A stretch of DNA of 64,000 nucleotides from contig JAEANN010000016.1 of assembly GCA_016841965.1 (NCBI GenBank), forward strand, positions 39,305 through 103,304. Reading direction: 5' to 3'. Positions 58,129 through 64,000 of the stretch are shown here, piece after piece. Position 1 is the first letter of the stretch; the number at the start of each line of letters is the position of its first letter. This stretch comes from Candidatus Roseilinea mizusawaensis. GTDB lineage: Bacteria; Chloroflexota; Anaerolineae; J036; Brachytrichaceae. Below the pieces are notes generated by a model that had not been told where the DNA came from, made no database searches, and saw only the letters and a program-made list of their open reading frames with translations. The translations under genes were made by a program, and so were the position numbers.

Positions 58129-58776
58129 CTACATGGCCAGCGCCCGCGCCAGGCAGGTCAGCATGACTGATCCAGCCTCCTCGGCGGTTGCCCCGAACGC
58201 GATCACGCCATCTTCGTGTCCCCCCATGCAAAAGATATGCTGCGCGGCCACGTCCGTCTCTGCAAACAGCCGGGCCACTTCTGCCGCCATCTCTGGCGTG
58301 CCATAGGGCACGTCCGCGTGGGTGGTGGGAATGTTAAGCTGATGGGCGCGCTGCCAGATGTCGGGCGAATGGGCGTGCATGACGAAACGTGCGCTACTAT
58401 CCAGCGCGTACACACTGCCGTGGGTCAATGATTCGGCGGAAGGTTTGATGGGGCCTTCGGCCACAACAAGGTTGAGTTCGGGCCGGCACTCGGTCACAAT
58501 GGCGTAGTGCTCGGCGCCGAGATGCGGCAGTCCGCCGGTCTGGGTGCCGGTGATGATGAAGCGGCGCAACGGCGGCGGCGCGTCGAATGGCGCGATGCGC
58601 TGGCTGATGTTGCCAAAGCCGTAGCCTTCGTAGCGGGTCGGGTCTTGGCCGATGAGCTGGAGCAGAAACAGGATTCTGCGCCATGCGTTCAGTGCGCGGT
58701 GCGCGCAAAGGTCAACCGGCGAGGCCGGCGTGAAACGCAGTTGAAACTTCAGCGTGCCTTCTTGTGGATGCGCCAT
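58129..58776 (-). CDS. Class II aldolase/adducin-family protein
   Basis: About 215 aa after trimming to ATG 58776. Contains THGSVYA and MHAHSP motifs. Confidence 0.65.
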   Translation of the reverse strand: MAHPQEGTLKFQLRFTPASPVDLCAHRALNAWRRILFLLQLIGQDPTRYEGYGFGNISQRIAPFDAPPPLRRFIITGTQTGGLPHLGAEHYAIVTECRPELNLVVAEGPIKPSAESLTHGSVYALDSSARFVMHAHSPDIWQRAHQLNIPTTHADVPYGTPEMAAEVARLFAETDVAAQHIFCMGGHEDGVIAFGATAEEAGSVMLTCLARALAM

Positions 58777-59041
58777 GTCACGATTGGTTGGGCAAGTCTG
58801 GATTTTGACTGCGGGATTGTAGCCGAGCGCGCAGGTTGCGCCTGGCGTTGTCGTCCAGGAACCGTCTGGGAAGTGTCTGGCAACTGTCTGGCTCGGCCCG
58901 ATCAACATCACGCACAGCGGGTTGACAGTATAAACGCGCCCACCTCGCTGAAGCGCCCTGGGCTTTCTCAGACAACACTCACACAGGGTTCACCATGTGA
59001 AACCATATTAAATCCTACAACATTCACCAAAAGGAAAGAAA

Positions 59042-59974
59042 ATGCGACAAGAATTTGGCGGATTTGGAGGAGGCGGTCAGTCGGTTTCGGGCCGTGGCAC
59101 GACCCTGCTGGTGGCGATCGGTGTGGGTCTTTTGATTGTCGCGTTGCTGCTGCTCAATTCGTACACTGTTATCGAAGCCGGCACGCGCGGGGTGCTGAAA
59201 AACTTTGGCCAGATCGTCGGTGTACTGGGTGAGGGCTTGCACTTTCGCGCCCCGTTTATCTCTAATGTGACCATTGTGGATGTCAAGACACAGCGTTATG
59301 AGTCGAACGCCTCGGCAGCCTCGCGCGACTTGCAGATTGTGTCTACCCAGGTGGTCTTGAACTATCGCCCCGATCCCAACACGGTCGATACGCTGGTGCG
59401 TGAGATTGGGCCGGAATACGAACGCCGTGTGGTTGACCCGGCAGTTCAGGAAGCGCTTAAGGCAGCCACTGCCCAGTTCACTGCTGAAGAACTGATCACC
59501 AAGCGCCCGCAGGTGTCGGCGGCTATCCAAGACGTGCTCGAGGCCCGTCTGTCGGTGCGCGGCATTCTGGTCGAGAGCGTCGCCATCACCGACTTTAACT
59601 TCAGCGAAGAGTTCACCCGCGCTATCGAAGCCAAGCAGGTAGCCGAGCAAGACGCTTTGCGCGCGCAGAACGAATTGCGTCGCGCACAAATCGAAGCGCA
59701 ACAGCAGGTGGCTCGCGCCGAGGCCGAAGCAAAAGCGCGCCTCGAAGTGGCCCGCGCCGAAGCAGAAGCCTTGCGCTTGCAACGCGAGGTGATTTCGCCG
59801 GCTTTGCTGCAACTGCGCTTCATTGAGCGCTGGGACGGCATCCTGCCGCGCGTCATGGCCGGCGGCGAAAACGGCGGCGGCGTCTTCCCCATGTTCATGA
59901 TCCCGGCCGATGATTTAGCTGCGCCAACTTCAACGACGCCTCGGTCGGCGCCGACTCCGACGCCCGTGCCATAG
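59042..59974 (+). CDS. SPFH/band-7 (prohibitin-like) membrane protein with C-terminal coiled coil
   Basis: N-terminal TM helix, SPFH core (IEAGTRGVLKNFG...) and an AEAEAKARLEVARAEAEA coiled region. AGGAAAG RBS. Confidence 0.85.
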   Translation: MRQEFGGFGGGGQSVSGRGTTLLVAIGVGLLIVALLLLNSYTVIEAGTRGVLKNFGQIVGVLGEGLHFRAPFISNVTIVDVKTQRYESNASAASRDLQIVSTQVVLNYRPDPNTVDTLVREIGPEYERRVVDPAVQEALKAATAQFTAEELITKRPQVSAAIQDVLEARLSVRGILVESVAITDFNFSEEFTRAIEAKQVAEQDALRAQNELRRAQIEAQQQVARAEAEAKARLEVARAEAEALRLQREVISPALLQLRFIERWDGILPRVMAGGENGGGVFPMFMIPADDLAAPTSTTPRSAPTPTPVP

Positions 59975-60023
59975 CGATTCGGTCACAATCTGTCGGTCAC
60001 AATCCGAATGTCACCTGACACAA

Positions 60024-60051
60024 ACAGGCCCCGCACATATGCGGGGCCTGT
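60024..60051. terminator. Bidirectional terminator hairpin ACAGGCCCCGC-ACATAT-GCGGGGCCTGT
   Basis: 11-bp stem between the convergent SPFH and ABC genes, followed by TCTTGCTTCC. Confidence 0.65.
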
Positions 60052-60107
60052 TCTTGCTTCCACCCCCGCGCAGCGCGCCGGCCAGATGTAATGCGTTTGT
60101 GATGCGT

Positions 60108-62108
60108 TCAGCCATGTGATCCACTCTGACCTTGATCTGCTCCCGCCGGCCGGCGCCCCTTCTCCAGTCCACGAAACTGCGTCTCGTATAGCCGGGCATA
60201 CAGTCCGCCGGCGCTGACCAGGGCGTGATGATTGCCCTGCTCGACCACTATGCCATTCTCGATCACCAGGATCACATCAGCGGCCAGAATGGTGGACAGG
60301 CGATGCGCGATCACGATGCTGGTGCGTCCAACGAACAGTTTGTCCAGCGCCTGCTGGATCAGCGCTTCGCTTTCCGAGTCCAGCGAGGATGTGGCTTCAT
60401 CCAGCACCAGCACGCTGGGATTCTTGAGAATGATGCGCGCCAGCGCGATGCGCTGTTTCTCGCCGCCCGACAGCCGGTAGCCGCGCTCGCCCACTATTGT
60501 GTCGTACCCCTGAGGCAGTGCGGCGATCACATGATGAATGTTGGCGGCCCGGCAGGCTTCGATCAAATCGGACTCGCTTGCATCTGCCCTGGCGTACAGC
60601 AAGTTGGCCCGCACGGTGTCGTGGAACAGGTAGGTTTCTTGCGTCACCAGGCCGATGTGTTGGGCCAGCGTGGTTTGCGTCAGATCGCGCAAGTCGTGCC
60701 CGTCGAGCAAAATGCGCCCCTGTTGTGGTTCGTACAGGCGCGGCAGCAGGTAAGAGATGGTAGTCTTGCCCGCGCCGCTCGGCCCCACTAGCGCCACCAG
60801 TTGGCCCGGCTCGACGGTGAATGACACGTCATGCAGCGCCCAGCGCCGGCTCGGTCGAATGGCGACGGACGCCTCGGCTCCGTTGTCGCGCCGCGTAGCC
60901 ATGACCGGCGGGCTGCCGAAGCGCACATCGCCCGCCGCAGGGTGATGCGTCTCATGCGTCTCGGTCTCTGTCGCTGCGCCGGCCGGCTCTTCGCCGGCCA
61001 GATACGAGAACGACACATGCTCGAATGCCACCGCGCCCTGCACACGTTCCAGGTGGATGGCGTTCGGCGCGTCCTGAATCTCCACCGGCAAATCCAGGTA
61101 CTCGAACACGCGCTCGAAGCTGACCAGCGACTGGGCCAGCTCTACCTGGATGTTCGACAACCCCACCAACGGCTGATACAGCCGCGCCAGATAACTGATG
61201 AAGGCCACGATCGTGCCCACGCTCAACGCGCCGGTGATGACCAGATACCCGCCGGCCCAGAACAGCACAGCGCTGCCGATCGAACTGACCAGGCCGATGA
61301 CGACGAAAAACCAGCGCCCCACGATTGCTCTTTTCACGCCGATGTCTCGCACGCCGGCTGCGTTGTGTTTAAACTGCTCGCGCTCGTGCGCCTGCCGGCC
61401 AAACACCTTCACCAGCAACGCCCCCGACACATTTAGCGTTTCGTTCAACTGGCCATTCATGCGGCTGTTCAGTTCCATGCCCTGCCGGGAGATGTCGCGC
61501 AAGATGTGCGCTGCGCGCCGCGCCGGCAGATACAGCCCCGGCAGCACAATCAGCGCCGCCAGCGTCAGCCGCCACTCGATGCTGAGCATGACCACCAGCG
61601 TAGACGCAAGCGTGACGAGATTGGTGAAGACCGACACCAGCGTGCCGGTCACGGCGCTTTGCGCGCCCACCACGTCGTTGGTAAAGCGCGACATCAACTC
61701 GCCGGTTTTGGAGCGGGTGAAGAAGCGCAGTGACATGCGTTGGAGATGATCGAACATCTGGCAGCGCAGATCGTAGATGATCCCCTCGCCGGCTTTGGCG
61801 CTCAACCAGCGTTGCAGCGTGCCCAGCAGTGCGCTGATCAGTGGCACGGCGATCATGCCGATCGCCAGCAGGCTCAGCCGGCCCACATCGCGGTCGGGCA
61901 GGGCATGGTCGATCAGGTCGCGCGCAAACAGCGGCGGAGCCAGCTCGATGACCGATGTGACCACAATCACCAGCGTCATCATGCCGACCATCCCGGCATA
62001 GGGGCGCGCATAGCCCAACACGCGGCGTAGGGTCTGCCGGTCGATTTTTGGCGCGCCGGCCGGTCGCTCCTGCATCATGCCCCACCAGGGGCCGCCGTGC
62101 ATCATCAC
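60108..62108 (-). CDS. ABC exporter, fused permease and ATPase (MsbA/ABCB-like) with a ~50-aa insertion at the start of the NBD
   Basis: 6 TM helices. Walker A GPSGAGKTT, signature LSGGEKQR, Walker B LVLDEATS. The start overlaps the mutS stop (GTGA). Confidence 0.88.
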   Translation of the reverse strand: MMMHGGPWWGMMQERPAGAPKIDRQTLRRVLGYARPYAGMVGMMTLVIVVTSVIELAPPLFARDLIDHALPDRDVGRLSLLAIGMIAVPLISALLGTLQRWLSAKAGEGIIYDLRCQMFDHLQRMSLRFFTRSKTGELMSRFTNDVVGAQSAVTGTLVSVFTNLVTLASTLVVMLSIEWRLTLAALIVLPGLYLPARRAAHILRDISRQGMELNSRMNGQLNETLNVSGALLVKVFGRQAHEREQFKHNAAGVRDIGVKRAIVGRWFFVVIGLVSSIGSAVLFWAGGYLVITGALSVGTIVAFISYLARLYQPLVGLSNIQVELAQSLVSFERVFEYLDLPVEIQDAPNAIHLERVQGAVAFEHVSFSYLAGEEPAGAATETETHETHHPAAGDVRFGSPPVMATRRDNGAEASVAIRPSRRWALHDVSFTVEPGQLVALVGPSGAGKTTISYLLPRLYEPQQGRILLDGHDLRDLTQTTLAQHIGLVTQETYLFHDTVRANLLYARADASESDLIEACRAANIHHVIAALPQGYDTIVGERGYRLSGGEKQRIALARIILKNPSVLVLDEATSSLDSESEALIQQALDKLFVGRTSIVIAHRLSTILAADVILVIENGIVVEQGNHHALVSAGGLYARLYETQFRGLEKGRRPAGADQGQSGSHG

Positions 62109-64000
62109 GATTTAGCCTCCTCTGTGTTTGCGCGGCGCCGAGGGCCTGTCAGCAACTTCTTCAGTTCGTACAGCGTCGTCAGCGCTTCCAGCGGACTCAT
62201 GCTGTCGGGGTCGATTTGCTTCAAGCGTGTCAAGGCCGGCGCCTCGCTGATGAACAAAGGCAACTGCTCCACCGGCTTGAACGCATCTGCTTTTGTTTGC
62301 AGTGTCCCGTCTTGCAACTGGCGCAAGATGTCTTGCGCGCGATGCACCACCGCCGGCGGCAGGCCGGCCAGTTGCGCCACGTGAATGCCATAGGAGCGGT
62401 CGGCCCCGCCGGGGATCACCTTATGCAGAAAGACAACCTGTCCCCCTTCTTCGCTCACGGCCACGTTGTAGTTGCGCACATGCGGCAGCTTGTCGGCCAG
62501 TTGGATCAACTCGTGGTAATGCGTGGCGAACAGCGTGATTGCGCGCCGCTCCGGGTGGTTGTGCAGAAACTCGATCACGCTCCAGGCGATGGCCAGCCCA
62601 TCGTAGGTGCTGGTGCCGCGCCCGATCTCGTCCAGAATCACCAGGCTGCGTGGCGTGCAGTGATGCAGGATGTTGGCCGTTTCCACCATCTCGACCATGA
62701 AGGTGCTCTGGCCGGCGGTCAGTTCGTCTTGTGCGCCGATGCGCGTGAAGATGCGATCGACCAGGCACAGGTTGGCCGATTGCGCCGGCACATAGCTGCC
62801 AATCTGCGCCAGCAGCGCAATCAGCGCCACCTGCCGCATATAACTCGACTTGCCGCTCATGTTTGGGCCGGTGATGATCAGGATGCGCGCCTCGTGGTCG
62901 ATGCAGGTGTCGTTAGGCGTGTAGGGCGTCTCCTTCAGCAGTTGCTCGATCACCGGGTGGCGGCCGGCGACGATCTCCATGCGCCCGTCGTCGTTGAAGG
63001 CCGGCCGGCAGTAGTTGTTGCGCGCCGCCACCTCTGCCAGCGCGGCCGCCACATCCAGCCGCGCCACGGCGCGCGCCGCCGTCATCAGCGCAGTGGCGTG
63101 CTGGCCGGCAATGGCTGCGTTGATCTCGCGCAACAGCCTGGCTTCGATCTCCGCCACGCGCTCGCCGGCGTTCAACACCAGCGCCTCGCGCTCTTTCAGT
63201 TCCGGCGTGATGTAGCGCTCGGCGTTGGTCAACGTCTGCTTGCGGATATAGTCGGCGGGAATGGCCGACGTGTTGGCGTGGGTGACCTCGATGTAGTAGC
63301 CAAACACCTTGTTGAAGCCGACCTTCAGCGATTTGATGCCGGTGCGCTCGCGTTCGACCCGCTCCAGGCCGGCGATCCATGTTTTGGCCTCGCGCGCCGA
63401 GGCATGCACGCCGTCCAACTCGGCGCAGTAGCCGGGTCGGATGAAACCGTCGTCGTCCGGCTCGTCCTTGATTGCCTTTTCGATGATGTCAATCACTTGC
63501 GTCAGCGATGTCGTGGGCAGCGCTTCATCAGCGCCCAGCGCGCCGGCCCCCAGTGCACTCGCGGCCAGCGCCTGGCGGGCAGCCGCTTTCAGACTGAGCA
63601 GGTCTTTGGGGGTGGCGATGCCCGTGATGGCGCGGCTGGTCAGACGCTCCAGATCGGGCATGTGCTTCAACGCATCGCGCGTCTGGGCGCGCAACAGCGC
63701 GTCGGCGTAGAGCCGATCGATGCGTTGCAAGCGTTCTTCGATGCCGGCGCGGTCGAGCAGGGGCTGCGACACCCACGCGCGCAACAACCGGGCGCCCATC
63801 GGCGTGAGGGTGTGATCCAGCACGCCGAGCAGCGAGCCTTGCTTGTTGCGGCTGCGCAGCCCTTCGGTCAGTTCGAGGTTGCGCCGTGTGACGGCATCCA
63901 GCCCCATGAAGCCGGCGGTCTCGTAGGCGCGCAGCGCGCTGAACTGCGCCAGCGCCGCCGGCTGTGTCTCGCGCAGATAGGCGATGATTGCGCCGGACGC
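62105..64000 (-). CDS. mutS: DNA mismatch repair protein MutS, C-terminal ~630 aa (gene continues beyond the window end)
   Basis: GPNMSGKSS Walker A, STFMVEM and LDEIGRGTSTYDG. The frame is open through nt 64000. Confidence 0.93.
   Translation of the reverse strand, partial: ASGAIIAYLRETQPAALAQFSALRAYETAGFMGLDAVTRRNLELTEGLRSRNKQGSLLGVLDHTLTPMGARLLRAWVSQPLLDRAGIEERLQRIDRLYADALLRAQTRDALKHMPDLERLTSRAITGIATPKDLLSLKAAARQALAASALGAGALGADEALPTTSLTQVIDIIEKAIKDEPDDDGFIRPGYCAELDGVHASAREAKTWIAGLERVERERTGIKSLKVGFNKVFGYYIEVTHANTSAIPADYIRKQTLTNAERYITPELKEREALVLNAGERVAEIEARLLREINAAIAGQHATALMTAARAVARLDVAAALAEVAARNNYCRPAFNDDGRMEIVAGRHPVIEQLLKETPYTPNDTCIDHEARILIITGPNMSGKSSYMRQVALIALLAQIGSYVPAQSANLCLVDRIFTRIGAQDELTAGQSTFMVEMVETANILHHCTPRSLVILDEIGRGTSTYDGLAIAWSVIEFLHNHPERRAITLFATHYHELIQLADKLPHVRNYNVAVSEEGGQVVFLHKVIPGGADRSYGIHVAQLAGLPPAVVHRAQDILRQLQDGTLQTKADAFKPVEQLPLFISEAPALTRLKQIDPDSMSPLEALTTLYELKKLLTGPRRRANTEEAKS

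Overview
High-GC (about 60-65% by eye) bacterial chromosomal segment, densely coding, with no rRNA, tRNA, CRISPR array, transposase, integrase or prophage gene detected. Gene content, left to right: a respiratory island (ba3/B-type cytochrome oxidase with a probable unannotated subunit IIa, PCuAC and SCO1 CuA chaperones, a Rieske / split cytochrome b / subunit IV-cytochrome c complex III, and succinate dehydrogenase with a second orphan SdhCD pair); two tandem GT-C (GT39-like) membrane glycosyltransferases; a rhodanese; pyrF-pyrE-pyrD; a 1862-aa secreted S8 protease fused to a beta-helix repeat region; an arginine biosynthesis cluster (argC, GNAT-argB fusion, E. coli-type argG, GNAT(NAGS-like)-argG fusion); uvrB; an RRM RNA-binding protein; an orphan OmpR-type response regulator, a methyltransferase and a TPR protein; the conserved rpsB-tsf-pyrH-frr-uppS-cdsA block; a MoxR/VWA pair; a CoA-transferase / aldehyde dehydrogenase / two class-III aminotransferase catabolic cluster; a holin-like/phosphodiesterase/Yip1 fusion protein; a class II aldolase; an SPFH protein; an ABC exporter; and the 3' part of mutS. 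I see no clear defence or mobile system. The most interesting signals are regulatory and architectural: (1) a leaderless Arg-codon-rich leader peptide with alternative hairpins and an intrinsic terminator upstream of argC, which is a candidate arginine attenuator; (2) unusual GNAT fusions and two different argG types in tandem; (3) a recurrent TAnAAT-N6-8-start codon arrangement indicating widespread leaderless mRNAs; (4) 7-, 12- and 14-bp microsatellites, one inserted in-frame in an aminotransferase. Split cytochrome b, ba3 oxidase and leaderless starts fit a Chloroflexota- or Deinococcota-like aerobe, but this is only a guess. All protein family calls rest on motif recognition by eye, without database searches.
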